DNA of 64,000 nt from Alphaproteobacteria bacterium (GTDB taxonomy: Bacteria; Pseudomonadota; Alphaproteobacteria; Bin95), in contig OZ219785.1 in assembly GCA_964291285.2 (NCBI GenBank), forward strand, positions 64,001-128,000, in the 5' to 3' direction. Position 1 is the stretch's first letter. Each line of letters opens with the position of its first letter. Shown here in pieces: positions 28,933 through 38,262 of this stretch. A program made the translations under genes and the position numbers. Below the pieces are notes generated by a model. It had not been told where the DNA came from and did no database searches. It saw only the letters and a list, made by a program, of their open reading frames with translations.

Positions 28933-29030
28933 CCGACTGGACGACATGCCCGGCCGTGGAACGGAAGCCGGGAAAGGTCAGCGGCGCGTGGGTTTTCGCC
29001 GGCACGCGGGTTCCCTTGTTCGCGCTTGGA
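28929..29030 (+). pseudogene. Truncated DUF433 (putative antitoxin) gene
   Basis: MTDWTTCPAVERKPGKVSGAWVFAGTRVPLFAL, then unrelated AT-rich sequence. Confidence 0.75.
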
Positions 29031-29063
29031 GACCCTACCTATTACCGACGAGTGATTAAGTGG

Positions 29064-31004
29064 TGAGGCGTGTGCGCTGTTTGGAAGTTCTTTCTGAGCA
29101 AGGTATTGCGGAGGGTCTGGATTTTTCTTACCCCGTCAGGATGGCTGATTTCCGGGGTTTTTGCGGTTTGGAGGGAAAGGTTTTGTGGATTTCCACCCCA
29201 TGGCCGTGCGCGGGCTGGTTTTCGGGCGCGTCGCGTTGAGGCGCGGGACTGAGTAGAAGGTGTCGCCATCGGGCCTGCGGCCCTTGTTCCATCCACCGGT
29301 GCTGGTTGGGAGAACGTGATGGCGACAGCGGAGAAGTTACCGTTTTCGTGGCGGTCTGTCGAAGGTCTTCCGGATCTTGCGCGGTTGCGTGTGATGCTGG
29401 AGGTGCTTCCGGACGAGGAGGTTGTGGCAGCGCTTGAGGCGGGTCGCGGTCGCGGGCGGAACGACTATCCGGTGCGGGCGATGTGGCGTGCGTTGATCGC
29501 GGGGATCGTGTTCCAGCACGCCTCGATGCAGTCGCTTCTGCGGGAGCTGGGCCGCAACCCGGCATTGCTTGAGATTTGCGGTTTCGAGGCGCTGCCCTTG
29601 CAGGGCGCGCCGGTGGTGGCGCTTTGCGCGGGGCGGGTGGTGAGGTATCCGGCGCCGTTGCGCTCGACGGTGCCGGGCGCCTGGAACTTCTCGCGGTTCC
29701 TGGGGCGCGTGGTGCGCCTTGAGGACGAGCGCGGCCTTGTGTCGGGGATGATCGGGCGCCTGCGCGCGTCGTTGTTCGAGGAACTGCCGGACTTCGGCCG
29801 CCATCTCGGCTACGACGGCAAGGCGGTCGGGAGCCATTCGACGGGCCGGATTGCCGGTGACAGGGGGAAGACCTCGGACCCCGATGCGGATTGGGGCAAG
29901 CACGAGACGGGCGGGGTGAACGCGAAGACCGGCGCGGTGTGGAAGAAGGTGAAGTCGTGGTTCGGCTACGGGCTGCACCTGATCGCCGACACGGACCACG
30001 AGGTTCCTGTGGCCTTCGAGGTGACGCGGGCGTCGGCATCGGAACCCGGGGTGCTGTCCGGGATGCTGGAGGAGTTGTTCGCCGGGGCGCCGGAGATGGC
30101 CGGTCGCTGCGCCGATTTCAGCGCCGACCGCGGTCTCGACAACGCCCGCCTGAAGGCGCGGCTGTGGGACAGGTGGCATATCCGCCCGCTGATCGACACG
30201 CGCCTGATGTGGCGGGCGGAGAAGAAGGAGCCGGGCCATGACCCGGCCCGGCCGATCACGCGACCGCTGTTCCCCGGGCGCGCCGACGTCATCGTTCATG
30301 ACGAACGCGGCCGGGTGTCCTGCGTGTGCCCGCAGACCGGCGAGGTCCGCGCCATGGCCTTCCAGGGGTTCGAGGCCGGGCGCGGCGTCTGCGGCACGCT
30401 CAAATACCGCTGCCCCGCAGCCGCCTTCGGCTTCGAGTGCAAGGGACGCCGGGCCTGCCATCGGGCGGGTGGGGTGAAGTCCGGCGAATACGGCCGCATC
30501 CTGCGCGTCGACCTCGACAGCCATGACCGGCGTATCTTCACGCCCACGCCCTGGGGCAGCCCGTCATGGCGGCGCGGATACAACCGGCGCACCGCCATGG
30601 AGCGGATCAACGCCCGCCTCGACCGCAGCTTCAACTTCGAGACCCATTACATCCGCGGACGCGCGAAGATGAAGACCCGCATCGGGCTGGCCCTGGCGGT
30701 CATGATGGCCATGGCGCTTGCACAGGCCCGCGCCGGACGCGTCGCACGCATGCGCTCCCTGGTCGGCCCGGCGCCATACCTCGATACCGGCTGACCCCTC
30801 AGCCGACTGCCGACAACGCTGACCCAACCCGCCGGACCCCGGCATACGGACACCCGCGACCGAAGGCCGGCGATGCTGCCGGGCTGGGCCGCTCAAGTTC
30901 GAAAATCAACCGCGGCGACCGCCTCGAACGCCGGAACAAACAACATCACCACCCGGACCCAACGTCCCATCCGACCGGAAAAACCCCACAGCGCAAATTT
31001 CTCA
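29064..31004 (+). mobile_element. IS1182/IS5-like insertion sequence
   Basis: Imperfect IR TGAGnnnnnTGCGCTGT / ACAGCGCAnnnnnCTCA; 4-bp flanking duplication GTGG (29060-63, 31005-08). Confidence 0.7.
29316..30794 (+). CDS. DDE transposase (IS1182-like)
   Basis: GRNDYPVRAMWRALIAG, YDGK, SDPDADWG, WFGYGLHLIAD, SADRGLD, YNRRTAMERINARL. Confidence 0.9.
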   Translation: MMATAEKLPFSWRSVEGLPDLARLRVMLEVLPDEEVVAALEAGRGRGRNDYPVRAMWRALIAGIVFQHASMQSLLRELGRNPALLEICGFEALPLQGAPVVALCAGRVVRYPAPLRSTVPGAWNFSRFLGRVVRLEDERGLVSGMIGRLRASLFEELPDFGRHLGYDGKAVGSHSTGRIAGDRGKTSDPDADWGKHETGGVNAKTGAVWKKVKSWFGYGLHLIADTDHEVPVAFEVTRASASEPGVLSGMLEELFAGAPEMAGRCADFSADRGLDNARLKARLWDRWHIRPLIDTRLMWRAEKKEPGHDPARPITRPLFPGRADVIVHDERGRVSCVCPQTGEVRAMAFQGFEAGRGVCGTLKYRCPAAAFGFECKGRRACHRAGGVKSGEYGRILRVDLDSHDRRIFTPTPWGSPSWRRGYNRRTAMERINARLDRSFNFETHYIRGRAKMKTRIGLALAVMMAMALAQARAGRVARMRSLVGPAPYLDTG

Positions 31005-31075
31005 GTGGTTGACCCTACCAACATAACCTGATTACATCCGACTCACCGTGACACATACCTCAGCAGTCGATGCTA

Positions 31076-31950
31076 GGTCCTGTGGACGGATTTGATCAAG
31101 ATGAAGGCAGCGGCGAGTGCGACGAAGGAGCTGAAGTTTGTGGCGGTCTTTTCGCAGCGCAGGGCGATGCGTTTGAAGCGTTTGAGCTTGCCGACGGCCT
31201 GTTCGATGCGCGCCCGTCCTCTGTAGAGCGCGCTTGCGAAGCGCTTTGGCCTGTTTTTGATGTTCTTCCGGTAGGGAATGACGGTCAGGGCGCCTCTTTT
31301 CCGGGCGAGTTGGCGGTTTCCGGCGCTGTCATAGCCCTTGTCGGCGACGATGGCGCGGGGCCGGACATCGGGGCCGATGTCCATCAGGGTCTCGAAATGC
31401 GGACTGTCGGCTGCCTCGCCGCCGGTTAGGTCGAAGGCGATCGGCAGGCCGTCGAAATCGGTCTTCAGGTGGATTTTGGTGCTGAAACCGCCCCGCGAGC
31501 GTCCAAGCGCCTGACCCTGCTGCCCCCTTTTGCGCCGGCCGCCGATACATGCGCGCGGGTCACGGTCGAATCGAACATCTGAACCAGGTGCGCCGTGCTG
31601 CTCAAATCCGCCAGCGTGGCGAAAAAGTCCTCGAACACCCCTGAACGGCTCAGACGGTGAAAACGCCGCCATACCGTATTCCAGTGCCCGAACCGCTCCG
31701 GCAGCGCCCGCCAGGTGATGTTGTGAACCGCAAAGAAGTGCAGCGCCTCCAGAAACAGACGGTCGTCCTTCGCCTTCGCACCCCGCCTCGGAAGGCAAAG
31801 CCGGAAAACCTCCAGCGCAACCTCCCAGTCTCCATTCGTCATCTTCGTCGACATCAAAGAAACCCCCGAATCGCCGACGCCTCATGATTCAGACAAATCC
31901 TCGCACGGGAATCCCTGAACACGCTCCTGAGTCAATACGTCCACAGGGCC
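31076..31950 (-). mobile_element. IS5-family insertion sequence, copy 2, inverted relative to copy 1; transposase 31073-31857
   Basis: Near-identical to 2541-3415, same IRs and TA flanks. Confidence 0.92.
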
Positions 31951-32670
31951 TAGGGCCGATACGCCTAACTGGCGTTGACCAGCTTCGATTATGGCGGGGA
32001 CTTGGCTGTAGTGTTCGATCCATGCTTGGATCGTAGGCGATATCCACCCGGCTACATCGACTATCTGCCGATGGTCCGAGGTCAGATTTCGCTCGAAGAT
32101 CGGTTCGTGATGAGCGATCCTGTTGCGCAGGTCTCGCAGCCTATCCAGCGGTCGATGCGCTTGGCGGCGGTTCAGGCGCGTACGATGCGGGAATGCGCCG
32201 CGTATTGCCGGACGCCACAACGTCATTTCGTAGTTGGCCTTGCGTCCGGTCCCGATGCGACCTCCGGGGCCAAGCAAAGAGACCCAGAATCCGAACGAAA
32301 GCGCCGCCACGACCTGAGCCGGCTTCATTTCCCGGTTGTCCCACAGCAAGCCTGTCTTGGCGCGTTCGACCCTTTCCAACGCTCCTTTATCGAGGCCCGC
32401 GGCCGGGTTGTCGTACCAAGCCGGGCCGTATCGTTCGGAAAGCCTGCCGTGCACAGCGTTGCGCAACGCCAGTTCCAAGCCCTGCAACGGACCGTAGAAG
32501 GCCGCGCTGATTGTTGTATTCCAGACATGGAGTCGGATTGCCTTCTCCCGGTCTCCTCCACCAGCGTTGAGATAGGTGCCCAAGCGCTCGTGCGAGAGGG
32601 CTGCCTCAAGCCGGTCGATTACATCATCCGTGTATGAAAAGGTCTTGACGACCGGTTCCCGGTCCATCAT
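31951..32670 (-). CDS. Abi_2/AbiF-family HEPN RNase, extreme C-terminus fused into IS5
   Basis: LSHERLGTY...RLHVWN..ISAAFYGPL..LELALRNA, LSFGFWVSL, HEPN RNRIAHHEP. Confidence 0.85.
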
Positions 32671-32683
32671 GTTGGGTTTGTGC

Positions 32684-32733
32684 ACCCCGGACCCGCCTCT
32701 GCCATTTGGTATGCGCCCGGGGTTTCGCTTTTT
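32684..32733. ncRNA. Putative abiF-associated RNA hairpin
   Basis: ACCCCGG(32684-90)/CCGGGGT(32717-23) stem enclosing CCCGCCTCTGCCATTTGGTATGCG, directly upstream of the abi gene; T-rich tail on +. Confidence 0.55.
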
Positions 32734-32761
32734 CCGCTTTCGGTCATGCCCAAGGCTCCTT

Positions 32762-33427
32762 TCAGGGCTCAATGCGGCAATCCAGTTTCACGGCCTCCTC
32801 CGGCAGCCCGGACAGCGTCGCAATCCGCGACCGGGCCCAGTTCATGACAGCAGCGATCGTGTCCGGTTCCGATCTAGGCACTTCGTCCTTTACTGTTTCA
32901 TCAGCAACTTCGGGCTCCCTGTCCATCGCTCCAGCCAAAAGGTGGGTCCTGATCGGCGGATACACGGATGCGAGACCGGATCCGACACTTGCTGGCAAAC
33001 CCCGACGATCCACGTCGAGGCCGACCCACATGCCGTAACCATCCGGTTCGCTTTGTCCGGCTCCGGTGCGCGCCGCATAGGATTCGTCGAACCGTTTCCG
33101 AACTTCGCCGGCGTCGAAGCGGTAGACTTCGACATGCTTGGGGTCGTCGCGATTATCCACTGCGGCAACCACAACAACATCGACATCGCTCAACGTTTTC
33201 CACTTCGTCCCGTTTTCCATCGGCGGAAATGCAAACCACCGGTCCTGTGTCGTCCGAATGGCGACCCGCTTGATCCGACCGCTCTCTTCAGCGGCCCAGA
33301 CATTCGACCTGCCGCGACCGGGAAGCCGCCTTAGCTCCGCCGTCGTTTCCGTCAGTGCCCGCTTCGCGGCGTCCACCAAGACGCGCCGGCGTTCAGTGCG
33401 AGACATTTGGTTGAATTGGTTTGTCAT
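32762..33427 (-). CDS. Hypothetical protein co-oriented upstream of the abi gene
   Basis: GAGGAG RBS, TTGACA-containing AT-rich upstream region; about 221 aa; VAIRTTQDRWFAF and DVVVVAAVD suggest an alpha/beta fold. Confidence 0.7.
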   Translation of the reverse strand: MTNQFNQMSRTERRRVLVDAAKRALTETTAELRRLPGRGRSNVWAAEESGRIKRVAIRTTQDRWFAFPPMENGTKWKTLSDVDVVVVAAVDNRDDPKHVEVYRFDAGEVRKRFDESYAARTGAGQSEPDGYGMWVGLDVDRRGLPASVGSGLASVYPPIRTHLLAGAMDREPEVADETVKDEVPRSEPDTIAAVMNWARSRIATLSGLPEEAVKLDCRIEP

Positions 33428-33594
33428 ACTTTCTCTCCTCTTTTTTGTTTTCAGAGATACGGCTGAATAAAGACACACTTAGCTCTATATGTCAACATAT
33501 ATTTTCAGGACAATGAAATACAATGAACATACACAGCCATGTTTGCTCACGTCCGCATCTTCTCGGAATACGGTTATCGACTGGTCGATCTGCC

Positions 33595-33768
33595 CTGCGC
33601 TGCCCCTGGCACGGCTGGGAGTTCGACCTCGCCACCGGCGAGAGCCGCTTCGACCCCCGCCGCCACAAAACCCGCGCCTACCGCGTCACCGCCGAACCGG
33701 CCGAGGACCTCCGCGCCGAAACCGTCCCCGTCCGCGTCGAGGAGGACTATGTGGTCGTGGAGACGTGA
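33595..33768 (+). pseudogene. Rieske 2Fe-2S ferredoxin C-terminal fragment
   Basis: LRCPWHGWEFDLATGES; the first CxH motif is missing. Confidence 0.7.
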
Positions 33769-33769
33769 G

Positions 33770-34302
33770 GCAGGCCGGGCGACCTACCGGGACGTGCTGG
33801 ACGCGCCGGCGCACATGGGGGCGGAAACCGTCGAAGGCGCGCTGCATCTTCAGCCGCGGCCGGCGGGCCGGCATAGGCTGGCGGGGTCGTCGCCCGGCGG
33901 CGAGCTTGTCAGCCCGTTCCAGAAAGGCCGGGGCGGGCCGGGCGGCTGGTGGATACTCGACGAACCGGAGCTCCATTTCGGCGGGGACGTACTGGTGCCG
34001 GACCTTGCGGGCTGGCGCCGGGAGCGGATTGCCTGCGGTTCCGGATACGCCCTATTGCACGCTCGCGCCGGACCGGGTGTGCGAAGTGCTTTCCCCTTCG
34101 ACGCGGAAGTTCGACCTCGAGGAAAACGCCCCGTCTATGCGCGGGAGGGCGTCGGCCATCTCCGGCTGGTCGATCCGGCAGCGCGGACGCTGGAGGCATT
34201 TGCGCTTGCGAACGGGGACCGGTCGCCCGCAGGGTCGGCGAGGAACGACGACACCGTGTCCCTCCCGCCCTTCGATTCCCCCTCGACGCCCTCTGGCCCT
34301 AA
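33770..34302 (+). pseudogene. Uma2-family endonuclease, frameshifted
   Basis: ATYRDVLDAP, GGPGGWWILDEPELH..DVLVPDLAGWRRER, CEVLSPST, YAREGV.HL.LVDP..RTLE split across frames. Confidence 0.8.
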
Positions 34303-34304
34303 AG

Positions 34305-34600
34305 CGCGCCGGCCCGCATCCAGTTTTCGATGCTCAGGCCGTCGAATGCGTGGAAGTCTCCGGTGTTCGACGTCACGAGAATCGATGAATTGGTGTGAGC
34401 GATCGCAGCAATTTGCCCGTCCGCAAAGGGGGGAGTCCGGCCGGCGGCAGCCTGGAACAACCGAAGCGCAACTCGTGCCAGACCGGAGCAGGGACCGCGA
34501 CTTCACCTTCATAGTCCCGGAGGCGCCGGACGACACCGGCGCTCGGCCGCGGCCGCAGAGGCTCCGAGACGGTATTGGTGTCCAGTAAATAACTTCCCAT
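34305..34600 (-). pseudogene. vapC: VapC/PIN toxin remnant with internal deletion
   Basis: YLLDTNTVSE...WHELRFG N-terminus and ILVTSNTGDFHAFDGLSIENW C-terminus in different frames. Confidence 0.75.
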
Positions 34601-34867
34601 GAAGCACCTGCTTCGGCATCCTTGCCAGGGCCTTCCATTCGAGGCATGTGTGACATAAGCAGTTGCGTTGACAGGGTTATTTTAGTCCGCTAGATTGCGG
34701 CCATGGAACTCACAGTCGCCAAACGAGACAAGAGAGCGAGTGCTTACGACCCGTTTCGCACGCTCGCATTCCCGCTGCGCTTACGAGAAAATCGACCCGT
34801 TCCGCCGCAGAACGCCATCCGTCGAATCCGGTGTAATGCTTCCGTTCTCGGGTGATGGATGTAGATT

Positions 34868-35749
34868 TCAGCGATTGAGGGTTTGTTTCCAGTCTCGTTT
34901 CAGCGGGCGCAGCCAGATGTCCTTTCTGGGTTCGGCGCGCCTCATGAGGGTGTCGTAGCGGCCGCGTCCCTGAGTGGTCCCGACGCGGGTCCAGCCCGAC
35001 GCCTTGTAGACGGCGCCGGAGTAGCGGGGCGTTTCGACGAAGGTCTCGATGAGCACGGGCGTGATGTTGTAGCGCTCGGTCCAGTCGGTGGGCAGGCGCC
35101 GTCGCACGATGGCGAGGATGTGCGAGCCGAGATTGGGGATCTCGACCCACGGCAATATCAGGAAGCGCGGGTTGTCGACCACCAGCGGCAGGTTCTTTTC
35201 GCGCATCTCGGGCGACCATCCGATGAAGCTGTCGCGCGAGGCGAGCTTCCATGCGGCGGTGGAGAAGCCGAGCATGGCCAGCGGCCAGCCGTTCCGGTCA
35301 TGGACGGCGTAGCGCATCTGGGCGCCGACCAGGGGCTTGTATCCGAGATAGTGGTAGCGGGCGACGAACTCGTTCCAGAGCTTGCCATCGCGGGTGTCGC
35401 GCACGACCGTGCGGAAGTCGAGGGGGCGAACCTCGTCGAGGGTCGTCGGCGCCGGGAACAGCGGCGGCTCGGTGTCGGGCCCGAAGACGATGGGCCTGGG
35501 CCGGCCCTGTTTTCCCCTCGGCGGCGGCAGGACGATCACGCCGTCGCGGTGCATGGCGAGCATGGTCACCTTGGCCATCATGTCCTTGAGGCCGCCGTCG
35601 GGCTTGAACCACTCGATACGCCGGCAGAACTCTCTGGACAGGGCGGCGCGGGTCGGCTGCGGGTTGGCGGCGATCAGGGCGCGCAGCAACGCCATCTCGT
35701 CGGCGGTGAAGTCGCGCCCGTAGTAGCGGCACTCGACGGCGCCGGTCAT
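34868..35749 (-). CDS. DUF4338 (DruA-family) protein
   Basis: RYYGRDFT, LSREFCRRIEW..PDGGLKDM, WNEFVARYHYLGY..LVGAQMRY, RFLILPWV..PNLGSHIL, ETFVE...G..YKASGW..VG.T.GRGR. Confidence 0.88.
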   Translation of the reverse strand: MTGAVECRYYGRDFTADEMALLRALIAANPQPTRAALSREFCRRIEWFKPDGGLKDMMAKVTMLAMHRDGVIVLPPPRGKQGRPRPIVFGPDTEPPLFPAPTTLDEVRPLDFRTVVRDTRDGKLWNEFVARYHYLGYKPLVGAQMRYAVHDRNGWPLAMLGFSTAAWKLASRDSFIGWSPEMREKNLPLVVDNPRFLILPWVEIPNLGSHILAIVRRRLPTDWTERYNITPVLIETFVETPRYSGAVYKASGWTRVGTTQGRGRYDTLMRRAEPRKDIWLRPLKRDWKQTLNR

Positions 35750-38262
35750 TCCTGCGCCGTGAACTTGCGCCTGCGCGCCTCGCTCATCGTCCAGGGCAGC
35801 CACGGGGACAGGTCTTCCGGCGGTTTGCCGCCGTCCTTCGCGCAGGCTTCGAGCCATGCCTCCAGCCAGCGCAGGACATTGATGCCGTTGATCGAGAGCG
35901 TACCCACGACCGAGTACATGATCGCGGTGAACTTCGCGCCGTCCTCGCTGTTGGAACCGAAGCTCGCCCGGCGTCCGATGACCGGCCCGCGGAGCACGCG
36001 TTCGGCGAGATTGTTGTCCATCGGAACCTGGGGATTGTCGACGAAGACGCACAACCCTTCGCGATGCTTGAGCAGCGAGCGCAGGGCCTTTGCCTTGCGC
36101 GCTTTTTCCGGCAGGCCGGCCAACTCCGCCACGGCGTCCGCGAACAGGCGCTCGACCACCTTCTTCAACTTGTCCTGCGCCGCGTCGAAGGCCGGCGTCT
36201 GGCGTTCGAGAGCGCGAGCGGGGTCGTAATGCTTCAGCCTTTCGTCGTTCAGGCGGTAGATCTCCCCGATCCGCTCGATCCATCCCTCGCACCAGCGGGC
36301 CAGCCGCGCATGGCCGGCGGCGCCCTCGACGAAGTCGCGCCTCTGATGCGCCCAACAGAAGCAGAGGATCGCCTTGCCGTCGAGTTCGCGCGCCAGCTTC
36401 CTGTAGGCGCTGTAGCGGTCGCAGACCACGAACACGGTGCAATCGGTGTCGCCGAACAGGGTCTTCGCGACCTCGGCGCTGCGCGAGGGATCGATAAGGA
36501 AGTAGACCGCGTCCTTGCTGACCGAAGTCCACAGCCAGGCGCGGCTCGACCGGCCGTTGCGGCGGAACTCCTGCACCCGCCAGCCGGTCTCGTCGGCATG
36601 GCGCACCGTTGTCCGGTTCTGATGCGCGAGGATCGCCTTGTGGATCGGGTCGAACAGCGGCACGAAGCGCTTCAGGCTGTTGGCCAGCGTGCCCGCCGAG
36701 ACCGGCAGGCCCTGGTCGGCATACCACGCTGCGACCCGGCTCAGCGGGCGCAGGCACGCACAGTGCTCGAACAGGAACCGTGCCCAGAAGCCGGTTCCGT
36801 AGAGCGTTCCGGGGAACAGCCGCGCCACCGGCGGCGCGGTCGCCTCCAGCGGCGACGACACACACTCGCAACCCCGGCGCCAGCGCGGCCGCTCGATCCT
36901 GCGGATGTGAGCCTTGACCTCGATCTCGATGAGGCTCGTGGAACGCTCGCCGTTGGCGACATAGGGCTTGCCGCAGCAGGAACAGAGGCGCGCATCCTTG
37001 GGCGGGTTGCGCCGTTCCTTCTTCTCCCGGAGACCGGGCCGCCTGGTACGGCCGTGGCCCGGCGCGCCGGGCTGCTGGCCGCGCTTGCGCCCCGTGCCGG
37101 CTTTCTTCTGCTTCTCGCTCCTGCTGCCGAACAGCGCCTTCGACAGAACGCTGCGGGTCGAGCGCAGCTTCTCGACCTGGGCTTCCAGCGTCTCGGCGCG
37201 CGAGGCCAGCGCTGTCCTCTCGGCCCGCAACTCCCGCACCTCGGTGCGCAGTCGGGCGTTGCGCCGGCGCACCGATTCGATGACGTCCTTCGCCCGCACG
37301 GTCGCCTTGCGATGCTGGACAAGCCGCTTGCTCAGGGGCCCGACGACGGCCTGTTGGCGTTCCCACGACCGCGCACGATACGAACGCTCCCGCGCAATCT
37401 CCCGGTGCAGACGGTCGGTCTCGTCGCGATGCCGGGCTTCGAGCCGCTGCCGATATTCCAGGGATTTTCCGATCGACCAGTGAAGATCGGCGTTCTCGCT
37501 GTCGAGCCATTTGCACCGGCTCTCCAAGGCCCTCGCCGTCTTCTGCAGGGCGGCATTCTCCGCGCGCAACGCCTTGATCGCGTCCGCCAGGACCGTCGAC
37601 GCCGACGCCTCCTCGCCGAGCGCCGCGACCTCCATGCCGAGCCGCGCGACTTCCTTGTCCAGTCGTGCTGTTGCCTTGTGCGCCTCGCGCAGTTCCGTGC
37701 GCAGCGCCTCGATCATGTCCTCCTGCCGGTCCGTCCGCTCCAGGGCTTTGCTCAACCTGGCGCCTTCCCTCGACAGGGACGCCTGCGCCGCCCGTTCCGA
37801 CTTCCGCAGCGCCGATATCTCCCCGCGCAAGGACGCGATCTTGTCCTTCTGCTCCTGCGCTCGCTCCAGCGCCTTGTGCAGCCGGGCGTTCTCCCTCCGC
37901 AGTCGTCCGTTCGCGCCCTTTCTCGAATCGACGCCGGCTTCCGCAAGCAGCTTCTCCAGCCGCGCCACCTCCGCCTGATGGAACAGTGCATCCTTCGCCG
38001 CACGGCGAATACGCGCCGTCTCCTCGACGGCCGCCTTCAGCCTGGTCCGGCTCCTGTCGAGCTGCCACTTCAGAGAACCCGCCCGGGAACGCGCGGCCCT
38101 CTCCGTCCGGAGCAACTCCTTGATACGCGCTTCCGCCGCTTCCGCCCGCGCCCGCCAGTCGCGCAGCTCGCTCGGCACCGCCGACATCGGAGGCGACCAG
38201 ATCGCCTCCTCCCCCTCCGGCAGCGCCAGCGCTGTCCCGAAATCCCCGTCGCGCATCGCCAT
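35746..38262 (-). CDS. IS66 TnpC transposase with long N-terminal coiled coil (838 aa)
   Basis: LFGSRSEK, GQQPGAPGHGR, zinc finger CSCCG, HADETGW, VCDRYSAY, CWAHQRRDF, MDNNLAERVLR. Confidence 0.9.
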   Translation of the reverse strand: MAMRDGDFGTALALPEGEEAIWSPPMSAVPSELRDWRARAEAAEARIKELLRTERAARSRAGSLKWQLDRSRTRLKAAVEETARIRRAAKDALFHQAEVARLEKLLAEAGVDSRKGANGRLRRENARLHKALERAQEQKDKIASLRGEISALRKSERAAQASLSREGARLSKALERTDRQEDMIEALRTELREAHKATARLDKEVARLGMEVAALGEEASASTVLADAIKALRAENAALQKTARALESRCKWLDSENADLHWSIGKSLEYRQRLEARHRDETDRLHREIARERSYRARSWERQQAVVGPLSKRLVQHRKATVRAKDVIESVRRRNARLRTEVRELRAERTALASRAETLEAQVEKLRSTRSVLSKALFGSRSEKQKKAGTGRKRGQQPGAPGHGRTRRPGLREKKERRNPPKDARLCSCCGKPYVANGERSTSLIEIEVKAHIRRIERPRWRRGCECVSSPLEATAPPVARLFPGTLYGTGFWARFLFEHCACLRPLSRVAAWYADQGLPVSAGTLANSLKRFVPLFDPIHKAILAHQNRTTVRHADETGWRVQEFRRNGRSSRAWLWTSVSKDAVYFLIDPSRSAEVAKTLFGDTDCTVFVVCDRYSAYRKLARELDGKAILCFCWAHQRRDFVEGAAGHARLARWCEGWIERIGEIYRLNDERLKHYDPARALERQTPAFDAAQDKLKKVVERLFADAVAELAGLPEKARKAKALRSLLKHREGLCVFVDNPQVPMDNNLAERVLRGPVIGRRASFGSNSEDGAKFTAIMYSVVGTLSINGINVLRWLEAWLEACAKDGGKPPEDLSPWLPWTMSEARRRKFTAQE

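Noticed and set aside
29031-31019. GACCCTACC direct repeat as the TSD of the IS1182-like element or as an intron end
   Set aside because: The IRs and GTGG duplication define closer ends (29064-31004), and no domain V precedes either copy.
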